Origin: Pseudomonadota bacterium
GTDB taxonomy: Bacteria; Pseudomonadota; Gammaproteobacteria; Burkholderiales; Burkholderiaceae_C
Direction: 5' to 3'
Assembly: GCA_030271615.1 (NCBI GenBank)
Contig: JARXKP010000001.1
Coordinates: 5,743 to 69,742, forward strand
DNA: 64,000 nt
Shown: positions 50,665-60,921 of the stretch, in pieces
Position numbering within the stretch: position 1 is the stretch's first letter
How the letters are laid out: the number at the start of each line of letters is the position of its first letter
The notes under the pieces: model-generated
Seen by the model: only the letters and a program-made list of their open reading frames with translations
What the model was told of the DNA's origin: nothing
Databases searched by the model: none
Program-made: the position numbers and the translations under genes

Positions 50665-51882
50665 TCAAGCCGCCAGCGGCTGGTCTGTGCACAGTGGTGT
50701 CAGATGACGATCGAAGGCCGACAAGTGCGCTTCCCAGCTGTAATCGCGCTGCACGCGACGGCGGCCGGCCTCACCCATGGATGCGGCGCGCGCCGGCTCC
50801 CGAAGCAGCGCATCCACCTCGCGGACGAAACCGTCGGCGTCCTCGGCGCAAATCAGCTCGCTTCCACGCTGGGCCGTGATGGCATCGGCGCATTCACGCG
50901 CGGCCACCACCGGTCGGCCCATGGCCATGGCTTCGAGGATCTTGTTCTGGATGCCACGTGCCAATCGCAGCGGCGCGACCACCACGGCCGCGTGCTGCAG
51001 GTACGGGCGCATGTCGGGCACGGTGCCAGTGACGTTGATGGCAGGGCCGGCCAGTGCACGTACCGTGGGAGTCGGGTTTCGGCCGGCGATATGCAGGCGC
51101 AACGTCGGCCAACGGGCCCGAAGCCGCGGAAGGATCTCGCTGGCGAACCACGTCACGGCATCGATGTTGGGCCAGTAGTCCATGGCGCCGCTGAAGACCA
51201 GAGGCAGTTCATCGTTTGCAAAGGGTGACTCACGCTGGGGATCCGGAGCAAAGTAATCGGCGTCCACACCGTTGCACATCGCTTCGCAGTTGCCGGCACT
51301 TTCAGGCGCCATGCTGCGGAAGAGCTCAGTTTCCTTTTCTGTCACGAAGAAGGACCTTGTTGCCCGTGAAGCAAGCGTCCGTTCGTAGGCGAGCAACTCT
51401 CGACCTTCGCGCTGGTACAGCCACGACATCGGCCAACGATGATGCGCGGCATATTCGGTCCACTTGGCCGAGTCGACATCGACGAAATCCACCAGCATCG
51501 GCAAGCCTGTCCCGTCCGCGTACTGAGCCATCGACGACGAGAAGATCACAGCGGCGTCGATGCGCTCACTGCGCACCGTGTCTCGCACCCAGTGTTGAAG
51601 CGCGGCATCGCGGTAGTAGCGCAGCGTGAGCGCTTCGCCGCCCATCAGGCCCACCAGACTGGCGATTCGAGCGCGTGCAGGATGCAGTCGCGTGACATGC
51701 AGCTCCGCGCACAGTGCGCGCAGCGTATCAACATGGGCTTCGTCCTCCGGGTCATCGACAAATGTCCCGACGAACACACGATGCCGTGCGACCAAGTGCT
51801 TCAGCAGGTGATACGAGCGCACCTTGTCACCCTTGTTCGGCGGGTATGGCAGGCGATGCACCAGGTACAAGAGGTTGGCCAT
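50665..51882 (-). CDS. PEP-CTERM/XrtA system sugar transferase, GT4 (TIGR03087-like)
   Basis: HRLPYPPNKGDKVRS, DFVDVDSAKW, GAMDYWPNIDA, ARGIQNKILEAMA. Confidence 0.93.
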   Translation of the reverse strand: MANLLYLVHRLPYPPNKGDKVRSYHLLKHLVARHRVFVGTFVDDPEDEAHVDTLRALCAELHVTRLHPARARIASLVGLMGGEALTLRYYRDAALQHWVRDTVRSERIDAAVIFSSSMAQYADGTGLPMLVDFVDVDSAKWTEYAAHHRWPMSWLYQREGRELLAYERTLASRATRSFFVTEKETELFRSMAPESAGNCEAMCNGVDADYFAPDPQRESPFANDELPLVFSGAMDYWPNIDAVTWFASEILPRLRARWPTLRLHIAGRNPTPTVRALAGPAINVTGTVPDMRPYLQHAAVVVAPLRLARGIQNKILEAMAMGRPVVAARECADAITAQRGSELICAEDADGFVREVDALLREPARAASMGEAGRRRVQRDYSWEAHLSAFDRHLTPLCTDQPLAA

Positions 51883-51885
51883 CGC

Positions 51886-52923
51886 TCACCCGAGATTGCG
51901 AACGACGTAAGGACCGAGCCAGTTGGCCATGCCGATCGGCATGCGGCGCCAAGCTTCGATCATCAGACGGAACTTGGCGTTGGCCGGATTGTTTTGAGGC
52001 ACGGCATCGCGCTTGTACAGGCAGTACTCGTAGTGCAGCGGCGCCGGCTCGAAACCCCAGTTCTTCTTGAAAGAATACGAGCCTGTTCCCTGCTTGCTTC
52101 GTCCGTAATCGAACACCTTAATGCCACGCGAGCAAGACAGTCGCATCAGCTCCCAGTACTTGAAATCGTTTGCCGCGAGTTCGCGGGCCGACTCGTCGTC
52201 ACCAGCGTAATAGGGAAGCACTTCGTCGCGAAAGTAGAAGCTCAGCACGCTGCTCAGGGCACGTCCATCAGGTGCGCTGACGGTGAGCACACTGCAGTCT
52301 TCTCCGAATTGCGCCTGAAGTGCCTGGAAATAGCGTTTCGGCAGCGCTGGTGTGCCATGGCGATGGACGTTGTCCGCATACAGCGCAAAGAACCGATCGA
52401 CATCTGAATCGATGTCGCTGCGCAGGCCGTTCTTGATGCCCTTGCGTACCATCGCCCGCTGCTTGCGCGGGATGGCCAGCATGTTGGCTTCCTCCTCGGG
52501 GAAGATTTCCCTGCGGAAGGTCACATAGAGATCTTGTTGCGGCCAGTCTTCGTGCCTTGCATTCACGTTTCGAAATTCGAGGTGATCGACGCCGAGACGC
52601 TGCGCGATCCGCTGCGCCTCGTCCTCGAGTGCACTCGCGACTGCGACTTCAGTTGCTGCCACACCACCGTAGACAGCGAAAGGAAGGCTGACCAGGGAAT
52701 TGCCGAAGAGCATTGACTTGACATGAGCCAGTGGGAGAACGCCATCGATGACACCGTCGGTTTCGGAAAACAGGAAATAGGTGTCGTGGCGAAACACCGC
52801 ACTCATGATCTGCTGCCATCCTGCACGATGGAAGAACGTGGCGCTCGGGCATGACATGACGAACCGGTCCCATCGCAACGCGGTGGCCGCATCGTGCAAC
52901 GACAGAAGTTTTATGCTTGGCAC
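51886..52923 (-). CDS. FemAB-related XrtA/PEP-CTERM system protein (TIGR03019-like)
   Basis: ATFFH..W, SLPFAVYGG, IPRKQRAMVRKG, FDYGRSK...FKKNWGF. GTG 52923 preferred over ATG 52998. Confidence 0.9.
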   Translation of the reverse strand: MPSIKLLSLHDAATALRWDRFVMSCPSATFFHRAGWQQIMSAVFRHDTYFLFSETDGVIDGVLPLAHVKSMLFGNSLVSLPFAVYGGVAATEVAVASALEDEAQRIAQRLGVDHLEFRNVNARHEDWPQQDLYVTFRREIFPEEEANMLAIPRKQRAMVRKGIKNGLRSDIDSDVDRFFALYADNVHRHGTPALPKRYFQALQAQFGEDCSVLTVSAPDGRALSSVLSFYFRDEVLPYYAGDDESARELAANDFKYWELMRLSCSRGIKVFDYGRSKQGTGSYSFKKNWGFEPAPLHYEYCLYKRDAVPQNNPANAKFRLMIEAWRRMPIGMANWLGPYVVRNLG

Positions 52924-53822
52924 GGGCTGGACATCGTCGGTGGGTTGGCGGCCCACGGCGTGGCGCGGTTCAAGAAGATGTGATCCATTCGTCCCCATTG
53001 AAAGTCGCGCAGCAGGCAGTGCAGACGTTGCTCCATTCGATCGATGTTCACGTAATGGCGAAAGCGAGTCTTGCTGTCAATGCCAGCGATGCGCGGCTGA
53101 CTGCTGTCGATTTCCCACGGATGGAAGTAGAAGATGGCGGATTGAGCCTCGCGTGAATTGACCCTTCGCAGCATCCAGCGCGACATGGCATAGGGGAGCA
53201 GCCTGAAATACCCGCCGCCACTGGCAGGCAGGTTGCGCCCGAACATGGGCAGGGTGGTGATCGGGACTTCTATCAATGTGTCGTTGACTCGATGTGCGAA
53301 GCGCGGTGCATCGGGCATGCCGTAATGGTCGTGCTGAATGGGATAGATGCTTGAGCTGTAACGGTAGCCTGCACGCGCCAAACAGTCGAACGCCCACAGA
53401 TTTCGGGTGCCGATGGAAAAGCTCGGTGCGCGGTAGCCCGTGACAGCGGCTCCACACAGATCCTCGAGGATTTTCTTGGCGCTCTCGATATCCGACTTGA
53501 AGTCTGCCTCATGGAGATCGGTCACGCGCTGGTGTCCGTAGCCATGACTGGCCACTTCGTGACCTTGGTCCGCAATCCGACGAATCAGTTGCGGGTAGCG
53601 CTCAGCGATCCACCCGAGCGTAAAGAACGTTGCCTGGGTATTGTGTTGATCCAGCATCGAGAGGATGCGGTCCACATTTCGTTCGATCCGGCACTCTCGC
53701 CCGTCCCAATCGTCGCGCGCGATGTACGGGGCGAATGCGGAGACTTGGAAGTAGTCCTCGACGTCGATCGTCAGGGCGTTGCAGATTGAGGCGCCCCGGC
53801 TCGCAGCGGGCGAATGCATCAC
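52911..53822 (-). CDS. XrtA system polysaccharide deacetylase (TIGR03006-like)
   Basis: ALTIDVEDYFQV, ATFFTLGWIAE, ASHGYGH, GYRAPSFSI, FYFHPWEID. Confidence 0.92.
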   Translation of the reverse strand: MMHSPAASRGASICNALTIDVEDYFQVSAFAPYIARDDWDGRECRIERNVDRILSMLDQHNTQATFFTLGWIAERYPQLIRRIADQGHEVASHGYGHQRVTDLHEADFKSDIESAKKILEDLCGAAVTGYRAPSFSIGTRNLWAFDCLARAGYRYSSSIYPIQHDHYGMPDAPRFAHRVNDTLIEVPITTLPMFGRNLPASGGGYFRLLPYAMSRWMLRRVNSREAQSAIFYFHPWEIDSSQPRIAGIDSKTRFRHYVNIDRMEQRLHCLLRDFQWGRMDHIFLNRATPWAANPPTMSSPCQA

Positions 53823-54982
53823 CGATCCTCAACCGATGGTCGCAACCAACGCCACAGGTCGCTTGCGATGCGATCGGCTGCATGGCCATCCCACAATTCG
53901 GGCACACGCCCGCGTTTGCCTCGCCCGCTCAGGATCTCCGCAACACCTTGCAGGATCGCCTGACGGTCCGTGCCTACCAGCGTGTTGGTTCCCTGTTCGA
54001 TGGTGATAGGCCGCTCGGTATTCGACCGCAGTGTCAGACACGGAACACCGAGCGCTGTGGTCTCTTCCTGCAAGCCACCGGAATCGGTCAGAACCACGGT
54101 CGCGCCGGACATCAAGCCGAGCATCTCGAGATAGCCCTGCGGCGGCAGCAACAGCAGACACGCGGGGTCGATCAGGTGGCCGAGTCCAAGTTTCTCGATG
54201 TTGCTGCGAGTGCGCGGGTGCAATGCAAAAACCAGTGGCAGATCCTTTGCTACTTCGCCCAAGACGCCAAGCAATGCACTCAGAGTCTGCGGATCGTCGA
54301 CATTCGAGGGTCGGTGCAGTGTGACCACGCCGTAGCCCCGTGGATGGTCGATAACAGCGGGATCCATATCGTGCAGGCGCAAAGTGTCTGCAGCACTGCG
54401 CGCGCTTTTTCGGTTCGCCAACAACGAATCGATCATCACGTTGCCACAGAAACTCACGCGTTCTGCAGAGATGCCTTCCGCGAGCAAATTGGCCTCGGCG
54501 CTGCGTTCGGTGGTGTAGAGGCGATCGGCGATCTGATCGGTGACGACCCGATTGATCTCTTCAGGCATTTGACGGTCGTAGCTGCGCAGGCCGGCTTCGA
54601 CGTGAGCGACAGGCACGCCTTTCTTGACCGCCACTAGCGTGCAGGCCAGCGTAGAATTCACGTCACCGACCACCACCACACAGGACGGTCGATGCGCATC
54701 CAATGCAGGCTCGAAGCGTCGCATGACCTCGGCAGTTTGAACTGCGTGGCTGCCAGACCCTACATCGAGATTGATATCGGGAATGGGCAATCCCAGGTCG
54801 GTGAACAAACGCCCGCTCATGTCCTGGTCGTAATGCTGCCCCGTATGAACAAGCAACGAGGGCAAAGGCGGAACATGATTCGCCAGTGCGCGCAGGATCG
54901 GCGCCATCTTCATGAAGTTCGGACGAGCGCCGACGACGCACATGATGGGGCCCATGCCCACGACTGCGAGCGGTTCTGTCAT
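53819..54982 (-). CDS. wecB: UDP-N-acetylglucosamine 2-epimerase (non-hydrolysing)
   Basis: VGARPNFMK, HTGQHYD, HVEAGLRS, PEEINR, TDSGGLQEE, TERP. Confidence 0.93.
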   Translation of the reverse strand: MTEPLAVVGMGPIMCVVGARPNFMKMAPILRALANHVPPLPSLLVHTGQHYDQDMSGRLFTDLGLPIPDINLDVGSGSHAVQTAEVMRRFEPALDAHRPSCVVVVGDVNSTLACTLVAVKKGVPVAHVEAGLRSYDRQMPEEINRVVTDQIADRLYTTERSAEANLLAEGISAERVSFCGNVMIDSLLANRKSARSAADTLRLHDMDPAVIDHPRGYGVVTLHRPSNVDDPQTLSALLGVLGEVAKDLPLVFALHPRTRSNIEKLGLGHLIDPACLLLLPPQGYLEMLGLMSGATVVLTDSGGLQEETTALGVPCLTLRSNTERPITIEQGTNTLVGTDRQAILQGVAEILSGRGKRGRVPELWDGHAADRIASDLWRWLRPSVEDR

Positions 54983-56094
54983 ACGCTGCGTTCGTCGGAA
55001 ATCGACTTGATCGAACTGCCGGGACTGACTGCGCCGACCAGCTTTTGCAGCAACCCCAGGATTTGAACGTTTTGCCGTTCAAGCCGAAGGATGCTTCTCT
55101 CCACTCGCTGCAATTGGTCAAGGCGTTGCTCCGCAACCAGCGTCGCCAACTGCCCTGACATCGCCTGAGTTGTTTCTGGCTCCAGCTTGAGTCTGGACAG
55201 ATCGACATCCTGCGGGACATCCGAGACAAAGGTCTGCAGCACCGCACTCACACCACCAGCGGTGATTTGCTTGACGGGCACGGCCGATTCTTCCGCTGTC
55301 TCACGCACCACATCTTCGACGTCGCCACGAGTCAAGTGAGTTTTTTCTGACAGGAAGCCGAGCAGCAACAGCCGATCACAAAGCGAATTGATGCGGCGCG
55401 GAATACCGTTGGTGGCTTTGTAGATCGCGTCGAAGGCCGCATCTTCGAAGCTCGGTTGGCCAGTCGAGCCGGCACACGCGAGCCGATGCGCGATGTAGCG
55501 CTGGGTTTCTTCGGCATCCAGCGGCCCGATGTGGCAAGTGGCGGCGACACGTTGTCTGAACTGCTCCATCTCGGGGCGCTGCAAGATTTCGCGAAACTCA
55601 GGCTGCCCCACCATGAAGCTCTGCAACAGCGCCTGATTTCCAAACTGGAAATTGGAAAGCATGCGCAGCTCTTCGACGGCTTGGGGTGTCAGGTTCTGCG
55701 CTTCATCGACGATCAGCAAGCAGCGCTTGCCCTGTGTGGTCTGGCTCACCAGAAACGCTTCGAGCGTGATCAGCAGTTCAGCCTTCGAAACATCCTTGAC
55801 ATGGAAGCCGAATGCGGCACCGACCATTCGAAGCGTGTCTTCGGCGCCGAGCTGCGTGGTGACCAAGTGCCCGATCACCACATCGCTGCCGTGCAGACCA
55901 TCGATCAGGCTGCGCAGGATCGTCGTCTTTCCGGCGCCAATCTCCCCGGTGATGACGACAAAGCCTTCGTGGCGCGAGACACCGTATTCGAGATAGGCCT
56001 TGGCTCGACTGTGCTGCTTGCTGCCAAAGTAGAAACTGGGATCGGGGTTGAGTTGGAACGGCTTGCTTGTCAACCCATAGAACGCTTCATACAT
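54979..56094 (-). CDS. XrtA/PEP-CTERM system-associated ExeA-like ATPase (TIGR03015-like)
   Basis: MYEAFYGL..KPFQLNPDP, GEIGAGKTT, IVDEAQNL, VGQPE, GIPRRIN. Confidence 0.92.
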   Translation of the reverse strand: MYEAFYGLTSKPFQLNPDPSFYFGSKQHSRAKAYLEYGVSRHEGFVVITGEIGAGKTTILRSLIDGLHGSDVVIGHLVTTQLGAEDTLRMVGAAFGFHVKDVSKAELLITLEAFLVSQTTQGKRCLLIVDEAQNLTPQAVEELRMLSNFQFGNQALLQSFMVGQPEFREILQRPEMEQFRQRVAATCHIGPLDAEETQRYIAHRLACAGSTGQPSFEDAAFDAIYKATNGIPRRINSLCDRLLLLGFLSEKTHLTRGDVEDVVRETAEESAVPVKQITAGGVSAVLQTFVSDVPQDVDLSRLKLEPETTQAMSGQLATLVAEQRLDQLQRVERSILRLERQNVQILGLLQKLVGAVSPGSSIKSISDERSV

Positions 56095-56096
56095 GG

Positions 56097-57614
56097 CTAG
56101 AACTTCACTCTCAAGTTTGCGACCAGAGCGCTTTCGTTGTACGGGTTGGTAGAGCTGCCAAACAGGCTCCTGCGTGCTGAAAGCGACAGGTCAACCGATG
56201 GGCTCAAACGATTTGTCCAGGTGGTGGTCAGCGAACGGAGATCCGTGTTGCGGTTACCAACGCTCCCACGAGAATTGGTCAGCGAAAAATCAGCACTGAG
56301 GGCTTGCTGTGGTGTCAAACGATGAGACGCGTTGATGCTGAAGCCACGCTGGTAGACAGTGTTGCCGTTCGACAAGTCACCTGCCCCTGATGCAGTTGGA
56401 TCAACGGCCCGCGACTGACCGCGGAATGCTGAAAACAGGAGCGTACTGCGCAAGCCGAGCAAGGCGACGGACACGTTCATGTGTCGCTGAACCGAGGCCG
56501 TAGAAGTGAGTAGCCCGCCGTTCGCCAGTGTCGTGCGGGTCAATCCGTTGTTCTGCAAGAACGCGTCAACGAGCGCAGCACGCTGAACCGGATCGGGCGC
56601 TATCGACGCGAACTGCGCAAACAACAGATCAAAGACCGTTCGTTGGTTCGCAGAACCAGCTGTCAACGGTGAGGTATTCACGTCTTGCCCGTTGGCGAAA
56701 GTCCACACTGAACGCTGAGACCGATGCTCGAAGCGAATGTTATAGGCGTTTCCAAAGAAGCGATGGTCACGAGTCGCATCCAATCGGGTACGTTCGGACG
56801 GTGCCCAGCTGCCCCCCCAGCCCCAGGTGTTGTATTGCTGGGAGCCCACCGACGCCAGGTCGTTGCTCTCGCGGCCAGCCCGAGCCGACAGCTGAATTTC
56901 GTGGGTCACCGTGTACAGCAAGGTCCCATTCAAACTGTCGTTCTTGCGGCTACCTCTGTTACCGAACTCGGACGTTTGATGGGAGTAATCCGCAGACCAA
57001 CCGAAGTGCGCAAAGGTAGCCGCGTCAGAACTGACTCGCAGTGAGGTTGTCTGGCTTGTGGAGTCAGCACTGGAGTGCTGACTGCTCGTTGAGGACAACG
57101 ACCATCGCGCTTCGTAGTTCGCAAATCCACCCAACCGCCCGCGAACATACGGAGCTATCTGATAGGTGAATACCTCGGACCGATTGGAATCGATCAAAGC
57201 GGTGTCTGACGACCTCGTGCCAAAAGCCGAAGTGCTTTGTTGGGAGACGCTGGCATTGGCCTCGACGTAAGCCCAGTTGTCTACGGCCTCAAACGTGCCC
57301 TGGGCACGCAGCGCTTGTTGAACCTCATCGGACGAAGACTCGCGCGCATAGACCAACCCTCGCAGCGTGTAATCGAAGGATCCTTTGAGGCGACCCGAGT
57401 TGCTGCTCAGGCGAATCTGGGGAGCGATTTCAGTGATGAGATCGGAGCGTGGGTTGGCGCTCTGCATTCGCACGTTATTCGTCAAGGTTTCACGAAGAGT
57501 CACTGACGGCTCCAACGAAAAACCCGGGCGCGAGTTGGTCGACTGAGCCTCCTGCGCGTGGGCGGCAAAGGCCGCCAACCCAAGAGCGCCTACCAACTTC
57601 GGCAACATCCTCAT
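56097..57614 (-). CDS. PEP-CTERM system-associated outer membrane beta-barrel protein (TIGR03016-like)
   Basis: Signal peptide ending AHA, ETLTNNV, W.PSERT, HRFFG, C-terminal Phe. Canonical position in the locus. Confidence 0.85.
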   Translation of the reverse strand: MRMLPKLVGALGLAAFAAHAQEAQSTNSRPGFSLEPSVTLRETLTNNVRMQSANPRSDLITEIAPQIRLSSNSGRLKGSFDYTLRGLVYARESSSDEVQQALRAQGTFEAVDNWAYVEANASVSQQSTSAFGTRSSDTALIDSNRSEVFTYQIAPYVRGRLGGFANYEARWSLSSTSSQHSSADSTSQTTSLRVSSDAATFAHFGWSADYSHQTSEFGNRGSRKNDSLNGTLLYTVTHEIQLSARAGRESNDLASVGSQQYNTWGWGGSWAPSERTRLDATRDHRFFGNAYNIRFEHRSQRSVWTFANGQDVNTSPLTAGSANQRTVFDLLFAQFASIAPDPVQRAALVDAFLQNNGLTRTTLANGGLLTSTASVQRHMNVSVALLGLRSTLLFSAFRGQSRAVDPTASGAGDLSNGNTVYQRGFSINASHRLTPQQALSADFSLTNSRGSVGNRNTDLRSLTTTWTNRLSPSVDLSLSARRSLFGSSTNPYNESALVANLRVKF

Positions 57615-57675
57615 CCCGAAACAGATGGGCGAAAGCTCGTGTTCTGACTGAACCAGCAGCCGTCCGTGCAACGCA

Positions 57676-58620
57676 TCAAGCCGTTGGTTTGCCACTTGGC
57701 GTCCCGTAGCCGTATCCATAGCCGTAGCCGTAGCCACCCTCAGAGGCGCCCCGAACCTTGTTGAGAAGCAGACTGATATGAGAGCAACTCTTGATGGTCG
57801 AAAGCGCGTGTTGCACATCGGATTGCAAGGTCTTTTCAGCTTGAACAACCACAAGTACCTGGCCCATTTGCGTGGCGAGCACCCGCGCTTCTGTCGTGAG
57901 CAACAGAGGCGGGGAATCGAAGATGATGATTCGATCCGGATATCGCTGCGCCATGTCGTCGAGCAGAGCGCGCATCGCGTCGCTGGCTAACAGTTCGGTA
58001 GCCTTCGGATGCGGAGTGCCACTTGGCAGAATCGTCAGCTTGTCAATGTTGGTTTTCAACAAGACGCTCTGCATGTCGGTATTGCCTTCAAGCAAGTCCA
58101 ACAGGCCAGGCCCAGGCGGTAGACCCAACATGCGCAACACCGATGGCCGGGCAACATCGGCGTCCACCAGCATCACCGTGTTGTCGAGCTCCATAGCGAT
58201 GCTCATCGCCAAATTAACGGAGCTGAAACTCTTGCCCTCCCCTGCCAGAGAACTGGTGACCATGATCAGATTGCGGTGCTTCAGGCCACTCTCGCCCTGT
58301 CCCTTCACGTTCGCAAGGAGCGGACGTTTGATGAGCCGGAATTGATCCGCGAGGAACGACCTCGGCGAGTTGGGAGTGACGATGCCGGCGGCACTCAGCG
58401 AGTCAAGGTCGAGAGTCACATGTTTCGACGTCTGCCCCACCGACTGAACTCGATGATCGATTGGCTTCTTGTCAGCCGGGGTCACGCTGCTCGACGGAGC
58501 AAGCGAAGGCTCAGCAGAAGAAATTGCAGCAGGCAACCTCTCGGGAACCTCCGCGCCCGCACGGCGCAGTTGTTCCAAACGGAGTGCGGCTTGTTCAATC
58601 AAACTGGCCATCCGAGTCAC
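57676..58620 (-). CDS. XrtA-associated tyrosine autokinase (BY-kinase, TIGR03018-like)
   Basis: SLIEQA, FRLIKRPL, TSSLAGEGKSF, LVDAD, IFDSPPLL, and a C-terminal Tyr cluster GYGYGYGYGYG. Confidence 0.93.
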   Translation of the reverse strand: MTRMASLIEQAALRLEQLRRAGAEVPERLPAAISSAEPSLAPSSSVTPADKKPIDHRVQSVGQTSKHVTLDLDSLSAAGIVTPNSPRSFLADQFRLIKRPLLANVKGQGESGLKHRNLIMVTSSLAGEGKSFSSVNLAMSIAMELDNTVMLVDADVARPSVLRMLGLPPGPGLLDLLEGNTDMQSVLLKTNIDKLTILPSGTPHPKATELLASDAMRALLDDMAQRYPDRIIIFDSPPLLLTTEARVLATQMGQVLVVVQAEKTLQSDVQHALSTIKSCSHISLLLNKVRGASEGGYGYGYGYGYGTPSGKPTA

Positions 58621-60197
58621 CCCTGCCTGGCAGCGATCAGCGACATGCCGATCAACCCGACCAGGAAAACACCGACCAGTCCGCCCGATGAAAGAATGAA
58701 TTTAAACCGGTCCACTCTGCCACGCTTGTGGTCAGCATCATTGGTAACCATCGACACCATACCCAAAAGAGGAAAATCGAATTTAGACCGCAATTCGCTG
58801 GCGCTGTGAAACACCGGACGCAGTTGGCTTGCCGCAAAAGCAACAAGAAACCCCGAAATAATGGCCGCGACCATGGCCATCACTAAGAGGATAAGGCGAT
58901 TGGGTGATACAGGCTTATCCGTAACACGAGGAGGATCAATCAATCGAAAATCAACACCGCCGGTTGCCGAGTCGAGATCACCTGACATTTCAGCCGTTTC
59001 GCGACGCTTAACAAGATCTTCGTAATTTCTCTTGTTGATCTCGTAGTCTCGATTGAGTTGCGCCGCCTCGGCCTCAATTTGCGGAGCGACCTTGAGCAAT
59101 TCGCGCGCCTGCTTGTAGCGGGAGGTGTATTCCGAAACCCGGGCCTTGAGGGCCGCGACTTGAAGCTCCGAATTCGCCATCATTTTGTTCAGCTCTTGAT
59201 AAACAAGGTTATTGTTGCTAGAGGGATTAGATGGATTTGCCAGCGCAGCTTTCCGCAGCTCCTTCAACTCCTTCTTTTTCTGATCTTCAAGTTCGCGAAT
59301 CAATTTTCGCGTCGTAACAACATCTGGATGTTGATCGGTGAATCTTTGAAGCAACGCGTCAAGGTTGCGCTTTTGCACATCAATTCGACCATCGATCTCT
59401 GGCGTTCCAACAGCAAGTGATATGTCGTCTGCCTGCGATTCGACTGCAGATGCACTTCCAGTTTGGGCTTTTTCATTTTCAAGCTGCTGACGACTGGCTT
59501 GGAGGGCTTGCTCTGCCTCTCGCAATTCCAGCTTGGCCTGCTCAACTTGTTCGCTCAATTGGCCCAAGCGCGAGACAGAATCCTTGCCATCACTGGTTTG
59601 CATTTCAATATTGCGTATTCTGAAATCTTTCAATCGAGCTTCAGCTTCGAGTAGCTTTCCCTCGTAAGCCTTGATTTGATCATTGATAAAAACTTTGGCC
59701 GAATCGGCGTCTTTCCTGGATGATCCCAAGCTCGATTCGATAAAAATAGAAACAAAGGACTGAATTACTTTCTGTGCCTTTGCTGCATTGGAGTCTCGGA
59801 AAGCGAGGGTGTAGAGACTGTCACGCCCAACAGATTTTATTTGCAAGGTATTCATCAAATCAGTTACCAAAGCATCCTGCTGAGCCTTCGATTGAGCCTT
59901 GAGATCCAGATCCGCCATTCGAACAAGTTTTTCGACATTCGGACGGCTGATCAAGGTGCGACTCAACATGGCGACTTGCTGATCGACATTGGGCTGCACT
60001 GCAAGTCCAGACATCAACGGCTTCAAAATAGAATCTGTATTGACGAACACGCGCGAGGACGCTTCATACTGGTCGGGAATAGAGAACGCCGCCACCGCTC
60101 CAGCGATTCCCACCAGCCAAGCGACAGCCACAGACGGCCACCGAAATCGCCACATGCTACGTGCGATTGTGGATAACTGAGCTAGTAATTCTTCCAT
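58617..60197 (-). CDS. XrtA system polysaccharide chain-length determinant / co-polymerase (TIGR03007-like)
   Basis: Two TM segments flanking a coiled coil. ILKPLMSGLAV, SRPNVEK, FTDQHPDV, LNRDYE, IDPP..P. Confidence 0.92.
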   Translation of the reverse strand: MEELLAQLSTIARSMWRFRWPSVAVAWLVGIAGAVAAFSIPDQYEASSRVFVNTDSILKPLMSGLAVQPNVDQQVAMLSRTLISRPNVEKLVRMADLDLKAQSKAQQDALVTDLMNTLQIKSVGRDSLYTLAFRDSNAAKAQKVIQSFVSIFIESSLGSSRKDADSAKVFINDQIKAYEGKLLEAEARLKDFRIRNIEMQTSDGKDSVSRLGQLSEQVEQAKLELREAEQALQASRQQLENEKAQTGSASAVESQADDISLAVGTPEIDGRIDVQKRNLDALLQRFTDQHPDVVTTRKLIRELEDQKKKELKELRKAALANPSNPSSNNNLVYQELNKMMANSELQVAALKARVSEYTSRYKQARELLKVAPQIEAEAAQLNRDYEINKRNYEDLVKRRETAEMSGDLDSATGGVDFRLIDPPRVTDKPVSPNRLILLVMAMVAAIISGFLVAFAASQLRPVFHSASELRSKFDFPLLGMVSMVTNDADHKRGRVDRFKFILSSGGLVGVFLVGLIGMSLIAARQG

Positions 60198-60285
60198 TAG
60201 ATCAATCGCGTATGAGCAAAGAATTGTTGATATCGACTATATACATCAATCGACAGACTATATTAAAATGGAAAGCTTAACCGAC

Positions 60286-60921
60286 TTAGAAAAAACTTTG
60301 CGGTATTATTAATATGTCGCCAGGCTTCATCTCAACATTGGCGGAAATATCCCCTCGCTTCACCAAGTCCTTCAAGCGAACCGAATATTGCTTGTTTGAG
60401 TCGCCCGTCCGTAAAATAGTCGCGTCGTTACCAGCTGCAAAATCTGTGAGACCGCCGACGGCAATCATCACATCAAGCAGACTCATTTTCTGTTTATAGG
60501 AAAGTACCTGCGGCCTGGCAGCCTCCCCAACGACTCGAATCTGCTGATCATAAGGACCGACAAAACCCGTTACGATGACGGTTACGACAGGGTCCCTCAC
60601 ATATTTGGCGAGCATTTTTTCGATTTCGCGCGCTATCTCCACTGGGTTCTTCCCTTGAGCAACGAGCTCGTCGATCAAGGGAGTCGAGAATTTTCCGTCG
60701 GGTCGCACCGGAACCGACATGGACAATTCCGGATTTCGCCACACAATGATATTTATATTGTCACCCGGCCCAACGATATAACTGTAATCCTGGGTCGAGG
60801 CAATTGGCGGCGCTGGCTCCAATTTCTCTGACAGACTCCCGCACCCAGATAACATTGCCGCGCAGATCAGCATCGACATGCCTTGGAACAAGGTCGACCT
60901 AAATTTGCCGAAAATACACAT
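60286..60921 (-). CDS. wza: Polysaccharide export lipoprotein (Wza-like, TIGR03027-like)
   Basis: Lipobox LSGC, YIVGPGD, VWRNPELS, VRPDGK, GGLTDFA, PGDILIIPQSFF. Confidence 0.9.
   Translation of the reverse strand: MCIFGKFRSTLFQGMSMLICAAMLSGCGSLSEKLEPAPPIASTQDYSYIVGPGDNINIIVWRNPELSMSVPVRPDGKFSTPLIDELVAQGKNPVEIAREIEKMLAKYVRDPVVTVIVTGFVGPYDQQIRVVGEAARPQVLSYKQKMSLLDVMIAVGGLTDFAAGNDATILRTGDSNKQYSVRLKDLVKRGDISANVEMKPGDILIIPQSFF

Noticed and set aside
52911..52998. Apparent 88-nt overlap between the deacetylase and FemAB-like genes
   Set aside because: An in-frame GTG at 52923 gives a normal short overlap.
57704..57735. Imperfect (CCGTAG)n hexamer repeat
   Set aside because: It simply encodes the GYGYGY tyrosine cluster of the BY-kinase, a known autophosphorylation tail.
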